A stretch of DNA of 64,000 nucleotides. Source: an uncultured Actinomycetes bacterium. GTDB lineage: Bacteria; Actinomycetota; Thermoleophilia; Gaiellales; Gaiellaceae. The stretch is taken from positions 135,773 through 199,772 of the forward strand of contig CAVXHM010000005.1 of the NCBI GenBank assembly GCA_963761665.1. The letters run 5' to 3'. Position numbers and translations under genes: made by a program. This document shows, piece by piece, positions 29,401-41,400 of the stretch; the stretch's first letter is position 1; each line of letters begins with the position of its first letter. The notes under the pieces are model-generated. The model worked only from the letters and a program-made list of their open reading frames with translations, searched no databases and was not told where the DNA came from.

Positions 29401-32400
29401 TCGCGCCGGCGCCGGGCCAGTACGCATGGCTCGTGGACGAGAAGGTGAAGCCGGTCGGCGCGGTCGGGGCGGTGGTGTCGAGCTCGACCGTCTGGCTGCC
29501 GATCGACGAGACGTTGCCGACGTTGTCCTCGGCGATCCACTTGACCGTGTTCGTGCCGAGGCTGGTGATGTTGAAGCTCGCCGACGTCGCGTCCACCTCG
29601 GTGCCGTTGGTGACGACGTCGCTGCCGTTGATCGTCGGCGCGGATGCCGTCGGTGGTGTAGACGATGCGCTCGACACCGGCGCCCGCGTCGCTGCCTGTG
29701 ATGGAGATGGCGACGGGCGAGCTGGTGTACCAGCCGGCGGAGCAGGCGGCGGTGTTGCAGGTGACGGAGCTGGTCGGCGCCGAGGAGTCGACCTGGGCGG
29801 TGAAGCTGGTGCCGGCGCTGTCGAGTCCGGCGTTGTTCTGCGCGGTGACGGAGCCGGTCTGCGTGCCCGCCGTGCTGTCGAACGTGTAGCCGCCGCCGGT
29901 GTTCGACCAGCCGCTGCCGAGGCCGGGGTAGGTGTAGCCGGCGAGGCCGGACTGCAGGTCGGTCGAGCCGCTCGCGGTGACGGTGAAGCCGCCGGAGCCG
30001 CCGCCCTGGAAGAACACGGTCGAGCCGGCGCCCGAGTAGTAGGCGTTGCCGAAGCCGGAGTAGGAGAGGCTCGGTGCGTTGGGCGCGGTGGTGTCCAGCT
30101 TGACCGTCTGGCTGCTGACGCTGCTGATGTTGCCGACGTTGTCCTCGGCGATCCACTTGACGGTGGTGGTGCCGAGGGTGGTGATGTTGAAGCTGGCGCT
30201 GTTGCCGGCGACTTCGGTGCCGTTGGTGACGGTGTCGCTGCCGTTGATCGTCGGGTCGGAGCCGTCGGTGGTGTAGACGATGCGCTCGACGCCCGCTCCG
30301 CCGTCGGAGCCGCTGATCGCGATCGCGACGGGCGAGCTGGTGTACCAGCCGGCCGCTGCAGGCGGCGGTGTTGCAGGTGACGGAGCTGGTCGGTGCGGAG
30401 CCGTCGGCCTGGGCGGTGAAGCTGGTGCCGGAGCTGGAGAGTCCGGCGTTGTTCTGCGCGGTGACCGAGCCGGTCTGCGTGCCGGCGGTGCTGTCGTAGG
30501 TGTAGGCGCCGCCGGTGTTCGACCAGCCGGTGCCGAGGCCCGGGTAGGTGTAGCCGGCGACGCCGGATTCGCCGTCGGCCGAGCCCGCTCGCCGCGACGG
30601 TGAAGCCGCCCGAGCCGCCGCTCTGGAAGTACACGGTGGAGCCGCTACCCGGGTAATAGGCGTGGCCGAAGCCGGAGTAGGAGAGGCTCGGCGCGGTCGG
30701 CGCGGTGGTGTCGAGCTTGACCGTCTGGCTGGAGACGCTTCTGATGTTGCCGACGTTGTCCTCGGCGATCCACTTGACCGTGGTGGTGCCGAGCGTGGAG
30801 ATGTTGAAGGTGGCGCTGTTGCCGGCGACTTCGGTGCCGTTGGTGACGGTGTCGCTGCCGTTGATCGTCGGCGCGCTGCCGTCGGTGGTGTAGACGATGC
30901 GCTCGACGCCGGCGGCTGCGTCGCTGCCGGTGATGGCGATCGAGACCGGCGAGGTCGTGTACCAGCCGGCGCTGCAGGCGGCGGTGTCGCAGGTGACGGA
31001 GCTGGTCGGTGCGGCCGAGTCGGACTGGGCGGTGAAGCTGGTGCCGGTGCTGGAGAGTCCGGCGTTGTTCTGGGCGGTGACGGAGCCGCTCTGCGTTCCG
31101 GCGGAGCCGGTGAAGGTGTAGGCGCCGTTGGTGTTCGACCAGCCGGTGCCGAGGCCCGGGTAGGTGTAGCCGGCGACGTTGGACTCGCCGTCGGTCGAGC
31201 CGGAGGCCGTGACGGTGAAGCCGCCGGCGACGCCGCCCTGGAAGAAGATCGTCGCGCCGGAGCCGGGGTAGTACGCGTGCGTCGGGCTCGAGAAGGAGAA
31301 GCCGGTGGGCGCGCTCGGGGCGGTGGTGTCGAGCTTGACCGTCTGGCTGGAGACGCTGCTGATGTTGCCGACGTTGTCCTCGGCGATCCACTTGACCGTG
31401 GTGGTGCCGAGCGTGGAGATGTTGAAGGTGGCGCTGTTGCCGGCGACTTCGGTGCCGTTGGTGACGGTGTCGCTGCCGTTGATCGTCGGTGCGCTGCCGT
31501 CGGTGGTGTAGACGATGCGCTCGACGCCGGCGCCTGCGTCGCTGCCGGTGATGGCGATCGAGACCGGGCTGGTGGTGTACCAGCCGGCCGAGCAGGCGGC
31601 CGTGTCGCAGGTGACCGAGCTGGTCGGCGCGGCCGAGTCGGACTGGGCGGTGAAGCTCGTGCCGCTGCCGGTGTTGCCGGCGTTGTCCGTGGCCGTGACC
31701 GAGCCGCTCTGCGTCGCCGCCGAGCTGCTGAACGTGTACGCGCCGTTCGTGTTCGACCAGCCGGTGCCGAGCGCCGGGTAGTTGTAGCCGCCGACGCCGG
31801 ACTGCGAGTCGGTCGAGCCGGAGGCCGCGACGGTGAAGCCGCCCGAGCCGCCGCCCTGGAAGTACACGGTCGATCCGGAGCCGGGCCAGTACGCATGGGT
31901 CGGCGACGAGAAGGCGAAGCCGGTCGGCGCAGTCGGCGGCGTCGTGTCGATCTGCAGCGTCGTCGTCTGCACCGAGGAGGCGTTGCCGACGTTGTCGGTG
32001 CTGAACCACTTGATCGTCGTGGCGGACGAGACCTGGAACGACGCCGTCGCGGCGTTCACAGTCGTCGCCGTCCCGCTCGAGGTCGGGTCGCTGCCGTCAG
32101 TCGTGTACGTGATGCTCGCGACGCCGGAGCCGCCGTCGGAGGCGTTGATGTCGATGTTCACCGGCGACGCGTTCGACCAGCCACCCGGGCAGGAGAAGCC
32201 GTTGCAGGTGAGCGAGCTCGACGGCGCGGCCGCGTCGGACTGCGCGGTGAAGCTCGTGCCGCTGCTCGACAGTCCGGCGTTGTTCTGCGCCGTGACGGCG
32301 CCGGTCTGCGTCGCCGCAGAGCTGTTGAAGGTGTAGGCGCCGCCGGTGTTCGACCAGCCGCTGCCGAAGGTCGGGTACGTGTAGCCGGCGACACCGGTGT

Positions 32401-35400
32401 CGGCATCGCTCGAGCCGCTCGCGGTGACCGTGAAGCCGCCCGAGCCGCCGCCCTGGAAGTAGACGGTCGAGCCCGCGCCCGGGTAGTACGCGTGCGTGGG
32501 CGCCGAGAAGGCGAGCGAGGACGGGGCCGACGGCGCGGTCGTGTCGACCTTGACCACCGTCGAGATCGAGGCGGCGTTGCCGACGTTGTCGGTGCCGGTG
32601 AGGGTGAGCAGATAGCAGTTGCCGCTGGCGACGGTCTGCGAGGTCGTGCCGGTGATCGTGGCCGGCGCGCCGTAGCTGCCGCAGCTGTTGCCGGAGAGTG
32701 TCGCCGACTTGATCGTCAGGGTCGAGTTGCTGAGGCCGGAGGCGGTGCCGGTCTGGGCCTCGGTGTAGTCGGTGCGGCTGTTGATCGTCAGCGTCGTACC
32801 GCTGTTCAGGTAGCTGGAGCTGCCGCCTCCGGTGGCCGCGGTGCCGTTGGCGCTGAACGCGCCGCCGCCGGGGGCGGTCGTGTCGGACTGCGCGGTGAAG
32901 CTCGCGCCCGCGCCGGTGAGCCCGGCGTTGTTGGTCGCCGTGACGGTGCCGCTGCCGGTCGGCGAAGCCGCTGTGAAGGTATAGGCACCGGCGGTGTTGC
33001 CCCAGCCGGATCCGGCGATGGCGCCGTAGTTGTACGAGGCGACACCGGAGTCGCTGTCGGTCGATCCGCTCGCGGTGGCGGTGAAGCCGCCGGCGGTGCC
33101 GCCCTGGAAGAAGACGGTCGAGCCGGAGCCGGGCCAGTATGCGGATCCGCTGAGCGAGCCGAACGTGAACGTCGTCGGCGCCGTCGGTCCGGTTGTGTCG
33201 ACCATCACGGTGGTGGTGACGGAGCTGCTCTGGTTGCCGACGTTGTCGGTGCCGCGGAGGGTGAGCAGGTAGCAGTGGCCGCTCGCGACGGTCTGGCTGG
33301 TCGTGCCGGTGATCGTCGTCGGGGCTCCGAAGCCGCCGCAGCTTCCGCCGCTGAACGTCGCCGTCTGAATGGTCAGGGTGGAGTTGGCGAGGCCGGAGGC
33401 GGTGGCGGTCTGCGTCTCGCTGTAGTCGGTGCGGCTGTTGATCGTCAGCGTCGTGCCGCTGTTCAGGAAGCTCGAGGTGCCGGCGCCGGAGGCCGCGATG
33501 CCGTTGGCCGTGAAGGCGCCGCCGGTCGGCGCCGTCGTATCGGACTGGGCGGTGAAGCTCGTGCCGGCGCTGGAGAGTCCGGCGTTGTTCTGCGCGGTGG
33601 CCGAGCCGCTCTGCGTGCCCGCGCCGCTCGTGAAGGTGTAGACGCCCGCGGCGTTCGACCAGCCCGCTCCGAGGGCGGGATAGGTGTAGCCGGCGATGCC
33701 GGTGTCGGCGTCGGTCGACCCGGAGGCGGTGGCGGTGAAGCCGCCGGCGGCGCCGCCCTTGAAGTAGACGATCGAGCCGGAGCCGGGGTAGTACGCGTTC
33801 GTCGGCGCGCTGTAGGCGAGGCTCGGAGCCGACGGCGCCGTCGTGTCCACCATCACCGTCGTGGAGATCGACGCGGTGTTGCCGACGTTGTCGGTGCCGG
33901 TCAGCGTGAGCAGGTAGCAGTGGCCGCTCGCGACGGTCTGCGAGCTCGTGCCCGTGATCGTGGCGGGTGCGCCGTAGGCGGAGCAGCTGTCGGCGGAAAG
34001 CGTGCCGGTCTGCATGGTCAGCGTGGAGGAGGCGAGTCCGGAGCCGCCGTCGGTGTAGTCGGTGCGGCTGTTGATCGTTAGCGTGGTGCCGCTGTTCAGG
34101 TAGCTGCTCGTGCCGGCGCCGGAGGCTACGACGCTGTTGGCGGTGAACGCGCCTCCGCTCGGGGCGGTCGAGTCGACCTGGGCGGTGAAGCTCGTGCCGG
34201 AGCCCGTCGCGCCTGCGCCGTTCGTCGCGGTCACCGACGCGCTGCCGGTCGGCGAGGCGGCGGTGAAGGTGTAGGCGCCGGCGGTATTGCCCCAGCCGGT
34301 TCCGGCGATGGCGCCGTAGTTGTAGGTGGCGACGCCGGTGTCCGCGTCGGTGCTGCCGGAGGCGAGAGCGGTGAAGCCGCCGGCCGAGCCGCCCTTGACG
34401 TAGATCGTCGTACCCGCGCCGGAGTAGTACGCGTTGGTCAGTCCGCTGAAGCTGAAGCCGGTCGGGGCGCTCGGCGCGGTGGTGTCGACCATCACCGTGG
34501 TGGAGATCGAAGCGCTGTTGCCGACGTTGTCGGTGCCGGTGAGGGTGAGCAGGTAGCAGTTGCCGCTGGCGACCGTCTGCGAGGTGGTGCCGGTGATCGA
34601 GCTCGGCGCGCCGTAGGAGCCGCAGCTGTTGCCGCTGAGCGTGGCCGACTGGATCGTCAGCGTCGAGGACGCGAGGCCCGAACCGCCGTCGGTGTAGTCC
34701 GTGCGGCTGTTGATCGTCAGCGTCGTCCCGGAGGTGAGGTAGCTCGACGTGCCGCCCGCGGAGGCCACGGTGCCGTTGGCCGTCAGTGCGCCTCCTGCCG
34801 GGGCGGTCGAGTCGGACTGCGCGGTGAAGCTGGTGCCGGAGCCGGTCGTGCCTGCGCCGTTCGTCGCCGTGACCGAGCCGGAGCCGGTGGGCGAGATGCC
34901 CGTGAAGGTGTAGGCGCCGCCGACGTTGCCCCAGCCCGCGCCGGCGACCGCGCCGTAGTTGTAGGTCGAGATCCCCGTGTCGGCGTCCGCCGAGCCCGAG
35001 GCGAGGGCGGTGAAGCCGCCGGCCGATCCGCCCTTGAAGAAGATCGTCGTGCCGGCGCCGGGGTAGTACGCGTTGGTCAGGCCGCTGAAGCTGAAGCCGG
35101 TCGGCGCGGACGGGGCGGTGGTGTCCACCATGACGGTGGTGGAGATCGAGGCGGCGTTGCCGACGTTGTCGGTGCCGGTGAGCGTGAGCAGGTAGCAGTT
35201 GCCGCTGGCGACCGTCTGCGACGTGGTGCCCGTGATCGTGGCCGGCGCGCCGTAGCTGCCGCAGCTGTTGCCGGAGAGCGTCGCCGTCTGGATGGTCAGC
35301 GTGGAGTTGGCGAGGCCCGAGGCGGTGCCGGTCTGCGCCTCGGTGTAGTCGGTGCGGCTGTTGATCGTGAGCGTGGTGCCGGCCGTGAGGTAGCTCGAGC

Positions 35401-38400
35401 TGCCGCCGCCCGTGGCCGCGATGCTGTTGGCCGAGAAGGCGCCACCGGCCGGGGCGGTCGCGTCGACCTGGGCGGTGAAGCTCGTGCTGCTACCCGTGAG
35501 TCCGGCGCTGTTCGTCGCGGTGACTGCGCCGGTGCCGGTGGGCGAGGCTGCGGTGAAGGTGTAGGCGCCGGCGGTGTTGCCCCAGCCGGTTCCGGCGATC
35601 GCGCCGTAGTTGTAGCCGGCGATGCCCGAGTCGGCGTCGCTCGCGCCGGAGACGGTGGCGGTGAAGCCACCGGCCGAGCCGCCCTTGACGTAGACGATCG
35701 AGCCGGAGCCGGGGTAATAGCTGTTGGTGAAGCCGGAGAAGCCGAACGTGGTCGGCGCCGACGGGGCGGTGGTGTCGACCTTGACGGTGGTGGAGATGCT
35801 CGCCGCGTTGCCGACGTTGTCGGTGCCGGTGAGGGTGAGCAGGTAGCAGTTGCCGCTGGCGACGGTCTGGCTCGTCGTTCCGGTGATCGTGCTCGGCGCG
35901 CCGAAGGAGCCGCAGCTGTTCGCGGTGAGCGTGGCCGACTGGATGGTGAGCGTCGAGTTGGCGAGACCGGAGGCGGTCGCAGTCTGCGTCTCGGTGTAGT
36001 CGGTGCGGCTGTTGATCGTCAGCGTGGTGCCGCTGTTCAGGTAGCTCGTGCTGCCGCCGCTGGTAGCCGCGTTGCCGTTGGCGCTGAAGGTGCCGCCGCC
36101 CGGGGCGGTGGAGTCGGACTGCGCGGTGAAGCTCGCGCTCGCACCCGTGACTCCGGCGCCGTTCGTGGCCGTGACTGCGCCGGTGCCGGTGGGCGAGGCG
36201 CCGGTGAAGGTGTAGGCGCCGGCGGTGTTGCCCCAGCCGGTGCCGGCGATGGCGCCGTAGTTGTAGGTGGCGATGCCGGTGTCGGCGTCGGTTGCGCCGG
36301 AGGCGGTGGTGGTGAAGCCGCCGGCCGATCCGCCCTTGACGTAGACGATCGAGCCGGAGCCGGGGTAGTAGCTGTTGGTGAAGGCGGAGAAGCCGAAGGT
36401 GGTGGGCGCGCTCGGTGCGGTGGTGTCCACCATCACCGTGGTCGAGACGGAGGCGGTGTTGCCGACGTTGTCGGTGCCGGTCAGTGTCAGCAGGTAGCAG
36501 TGGCCGCTGGCCACGGTCTGGCTGGTGGTGCCGGTGATCGTTGCCGGCGCGCCGTAGGCCGAGCAGCTGTTGCCGGAGAGCGTGCCGGTCTGGATGGTCA
36601 GGGTGGAGTTGGCGAGGCCGGAGGCGGTGGCGGTCTGGGTCTCGGTGTAGTCGGTGCGGCTGTTGATGGTCAGGGTGGTGCCGGCGGTGAGGTAGCTGGT
36701 GCTGCCGCCGCCTGTGGCCGCGTTGCCGTTGGCCGAGAAGGCGCCGCCGGCGGGGGCGGTGGAGTCGGACTGGGCGGTGAAGCTGGCGCTGGGGCCGGTG
36801 AGTGCGGCGTTGTTGGTGGCGGTGGCGGAGCCGGTGCCGGTGGGGGAGATGCCGGTGAAGGTGTAGGCGCCGGCGGTGTTGCCCCAGCCTGCGCCGGCGA
36901 TGGCGCCGTAGTTGTAGGTGGCGATGCCGGTGTCGGCGTCGGTGGCGCCGGAGGCGGTGGTGGTGAAGCCGCCGGCCGTGCCGCCCTTGAAGTAGACGAT
37001 CGAGCCGGAGCCGGGGTAGTAGCTGTTGGTGAAGGCCGAGAAGCTGAACGTGGTCGGCGCCGACGGGGCGGTGGTGTCGACCTTGACCGTGGTGGAGATG
37101 CTGGCGGTGTTGCCGACGTTGTCGGTGCCGGTGAGCGTGAAGAGGTAGCAGTGGGCGGTGGCGACGGTCTGCGACGTCGTTCCGGTGATGGTGGCCGGTG
37201 CCCCGTAGGCCGAGCAGCTGTTGCCGGAGAGCGTGCCGGTTTGCATGGTCAGGGTGGAGCTGGCGAGGCCCGAGCCGCCGTCGGTGTAGTCGGTGCGGCT
37301 GTTGATGGTGAGCGTGGTGCCGCTGTTGAGGTAGCTGGAGCTGCCGCCGCCGGTGGCCACGGTGCTGTTGGCGGTGAAGGCGCCTGCGCTCGGTGCGGTG
37401 GAGTCGGCGGTGGCGGTGAAGCTGGCGCTGGATCCGGTGAGTCCGGCGTTGTTGCTGGCGGTGACGGCGCCGGTGCCGGTGGGGGAGGCGCTGGTGAAGG
37501 TGTAGGCGCCGGCGGTGTTGCCCCAGCCGGTCCCGGCGACCGCGGCGTAGTTGTAGCCGGCGATGCCGGTGTCGGCGTCGGTCGATCCGCTCGCGGTGAC
37601 GGTGAAGCCGCCGGCACTGCCTCCCTTGAAGTACACGGTCGAGCCGGAGCCGGGGTAGTAGCTGTTGGTGAAGGCCGAGAAGCCGAACGTCGTCGGTGCC
37701 GACGGGGCGGTGGTGTCCACCTTGACCGTGGTGGAGATCGAGGCGGTGTTGCCGACGTTGTCGGTGCCGGTCAGCGTGAGCAGGTAGCAGTGGCCGCTGG
37801 CGACCGTCTGCGAGGTCGTGCCGCTGATCGTGGCCGGGGCTCCGTAGGCCGAGCAGCTGTTGCCGGAGAGCGTTCCGGTCTGCATCGTCAGCGTGGAGGA
37901 CGCCAGTCCGGAGCCGCCGTCGGTGTAGTCGGTGCGGCTGTTGATCGTCAGCGTGGTACCGGCATTCAGGTAGCTCGAGCTGCCGCCACCCGTGGCCGCG
38001 ACGCTGTTCGCGGTGAAGGCGCCTCCGCTCGGGGCCGTCGAGTCGACCGTGGCGGTGAAGTTCGCGCTCGAGCCGGTGACCAACGCACCGTTCGTCGCCG
38101 TGACCGCGCCCGTGCCGGTCGGCGACACGCCGGTGAACGTGTACCCGTTACCCGTGTTCGCCCATCCGGAGCCGGCGATGGCGCCGTAGGTGTACGACCC
38201 GACTCCGGTCTCGGCATCGGCCGCGCCGGAGGCCGTGACGGTGAAGCCGCCGGCGGCGCCGCCCTTGAAGTAGACGGTCGAGCCGGCGCCGGAGTAGTAC
38301 GCGTTGGTCAGCGCGGAGAAGACGAACCCGGTCGGCGCGCTCGGCGGCGTCGTGTCCACCTTCACCGTGGTGCTGATCGAGCCCGTGATGCCGACGTTGT

Positions 38401-41400
38401 CGGTGCCGGTGAGCGTGAGCAGGTAGCAGTTGCCACTCGCGACGGTCTGCGACGTGGTGCCGCTGATCGTGCTCGGCGCGCCGAAGGAGCCGCAGTTGTT
38501 GGCAGAAAGCGTGGCCGACTGGATTGTCAGCGTCGACGAGGCGATGCCCGAGCCGCTGTCGGTGAAGTCGGTGCGGCTGTTGATCGTCAGCGTCGTGCCG
38601 GCGGTGAGGTAGCTCGTGCTGCCGCCGCCGGTGGCCGCGATGCCGTTGGCCGTGAAGGCGCCGCCCGACGGGGCGGTCGTGTCGGACTGGGCGGTGAAGG
38701 TCGTGCTGCCGCCCGTCAGTCCGGCGTTGTTCGTGGCGGTGACCGCGCCGGTGCCGGTCGGCGAGGCGGCGGTGAAGGTGTAGGCGCCGGCGGTGTTGCC
38801 CCAGCCGGTGCCGGCGACGGCGCCGTAGTTGTAGCCCGAGACGCCGGTGTCGGCGTCGGTCGAGCCGGAAGCGGTGACGGTGAAGCCGCCGGCACGTGCC
38901 TCCCTTGAAGTAGATGGTCGTGCCGGCGCCCGGGTAGTAGGCGTTGCTCAGCGCCGGAGAAGGTGAAGCCGGTCGGGCGCCGACGGCGCGGTCGGTGTCG
39001 ACCATCACCGTGGTCGAGATCGAGGCGGTGTTGCCGACGTTGTCGGTGCCGGTCAGGGTGAGCAGGTAGCAGTGGCCGCTGGCGACGGTCTGCGAGGTCG
39101 TGCCGGTGATCGTGGCGCGGTGCGCCGTAGGCCGAGCAGCTGTTGCCGGACAGCGTTCCGGTCTGCATGGTCAGCGTGGAGGAGGCGAGGCCGGAGCCGC
39201 CGTCGGTGTAGTCGGTGCGGCTGTTGATGGTGAGTGTGGTGCCGCTGTTGAGGTAGCTGGAGCTGCCGCCGCCGGTGGCCACGGTGCTGTTGGCGGTGAA
39301 GGCGCCGCCGCTCGGGGCGGTGGAGTCGGCGGTGGCGGTGAAGCTGGCGCTCGCTCCCGTGAGTCCTGCGTTGTTGCTGGCGGTGACCGCGCCGGTGCCG
39401 CTGGGCGAGGCGCCGGTGAAGGTGTAGGCGCCGGCGGCGTTGGCCCAGCCGGTGCCGGCGATGGCGCCGTAGTTGTAGGCGGCGACGCCGGTGTCGGCGT
39501 CGGTCGAGCCGGAGGCGGTGGCGGTGAAGCCGCCGGCACTGCCTCCCTTGAAGTAGACGGTCGTGCCGGCGCCCGGGTAGTAGGCGTTGCTCAGCCCGGA
39601 GAAGGTGAAGCCGGTGGGCGCCGACGGGGCGGTCGTGTCCACCATCACCGTGGTCGAGATCGAGGCGGTGTTGCCGACGTTGTCGGTACCGGTCAGGGTG
39701 AGCAGGTAGCAGTGGCCGCTGGCGACCGTCTGCGAGGTCGTGCCGCTGATCGTGGCCGGTGCGCCGTAGGCCGAGCAGCTGTTGCCCGACAGCGTTCCGG
39801 TCTGCATGGTCAGCGTGGAGGAGGCGAGGCCGGAGCCGCCGTCGGTGTAGTCGGTGCGGCTGTTGATGGTGAGTGTGGTGCCGCTGTTGAGGTAGCTGGA
39901 GCTGCCGCCGCCGGTGGCCACGGTGCTGTTGGCGGTGAAGGCGCCTGCGCTCGGGGCGGTGGAGTCGGCGGTGGCGGTGAAGCTGGCGCTCGCTCCCGTG
40001 AGTCCTGCGTTGTTGCTGGCGGTGACCGCGCCGGTGCCGCTGGGCGAGGCGCCGGTGAAGGTGTAGGCGCCGGCAGCGTTGGCCCAGCCGGTGCCGGCGA
40101 TGGCGCCGTAGTTGTAGGCGGCGACGCCGGTGTCGGCGTCGGTTGCGCCGGAGGCGGTGGCGGTGAAGCCGCCGGCGGCGCCGCCCTTGAAGTAGACGGT
40201 CGAGCCGGCGCCCGGGTAGTAGGCGTTGCTCAGCCCGGAGAAGGTGAAGCCGGTCGGCGCCGACGGCGCGGTCGTGTCCACCATCACCGTGGTCGAGACG
40301 GAGGCAGCGTTGCCGACGTTGTCGGTGCCGGTCAGTGTCAGCAGGTAGCAGTGGCCGCTGGCGACCGTCTGCGAGGTCGTGCCGGTGATCGTTGCCGGCG
40401 CGCCGTACGCGCTACAGGCGTTGCCGGAGAGGGTTCCGGTCTGCATGGTCAGCGTCGAGCTGGCGAGGCCGGAGGCGGTGGCGGTCTGCGTCTCGGTGTA
40501 GTCGGTGCGGCTGTTGATCGTCAGCGTCGTGCCGGCGTTCAGGTAGCTGCTCGTGCCCGCGCCGGAAGCCACGACCGTGTTGGCGGTCAGCGCGCCGCCG
40601 GCGGGAGCGGTGGAGTCGGACTGCGCCGTGAAGCTGGCCGAGGCGCCGGTCACGCCGACACCGTTGGTGGCGGTGGCCGAGCCGGTGCCGGTGGGCGAGA
40701 GACCCGTGAAGGTATACGCGCCGGAGACGTTCCCCCAGCCGGCGCCCGCGATCGCGCCGTAGTTGTAGGAGGCGATCCCCGAGTCGGCATCGGTGGCGCC
40801 CGACGCGGCGGCGGTGAAGCCGCCGGCCGTGCCGCCCTTGAAGTAGACGATCGAGCCGGAGCCGGGGTAGTAGCTGTTGGTGAACGCCGAGAAGCCGAAC
40901 GTCGTCGGCGCGCTCGGGGCGGTCGTGTCCACCTTGACCGTGGTGGAGATCGAGGCGGTGTTGCCGACGTTGTCGGTGCCGGTCAGCGTGAGCAGGTAGC
41001 AGTGGCCGCTGGCGACGGTCTGCGAGGTCGTCCCCGTGATCGTGGCCGGTGCGCCGTACGCGCTACACGCATTGCCCGAGAACGTTCCCGTCTGCATCGT
41101 CAGCGTGGACGAGGCAAGCCCGGAGCCGCCGTCGGTGTAGTCGGTGCGGCTGTTGATCGTCAGCGTCGTGCCTGCCGTGATGGTGCTCGAGCTGCCGCCG
41201 CCCGTGGCTGCGACGCTGTTCGCCGTGAAGGCGCCGGTCGCCGGCGCGGTGGAGTCGACGGTCGCGGTGAAGCTGGCGCTCGAGCCGGTCAGTCCGGCGT
41301 TGTTGGTGGCGGTGACCGCGCCGGTGCCGCTCGGCGATGCGGCCGTGAAGGTGTAGGCCCCGGCGGCGTTGGCCCAGCCGGTGCCGGCGATCGCGCCGTA

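Noticed and set aside
29645-39117. Programmed ribosomal frameshifting or phase-variable slippage as an explanation for the frame breaks in the giant gene.
   Set aside because: I saw no slippery heptamers and no long homopolymer or short-repeat tracts at the sites. The same kind of +1 break occurs in trpB, prfA, a mutase and two response regulators. A technical or random insertion process is more parsimonious.
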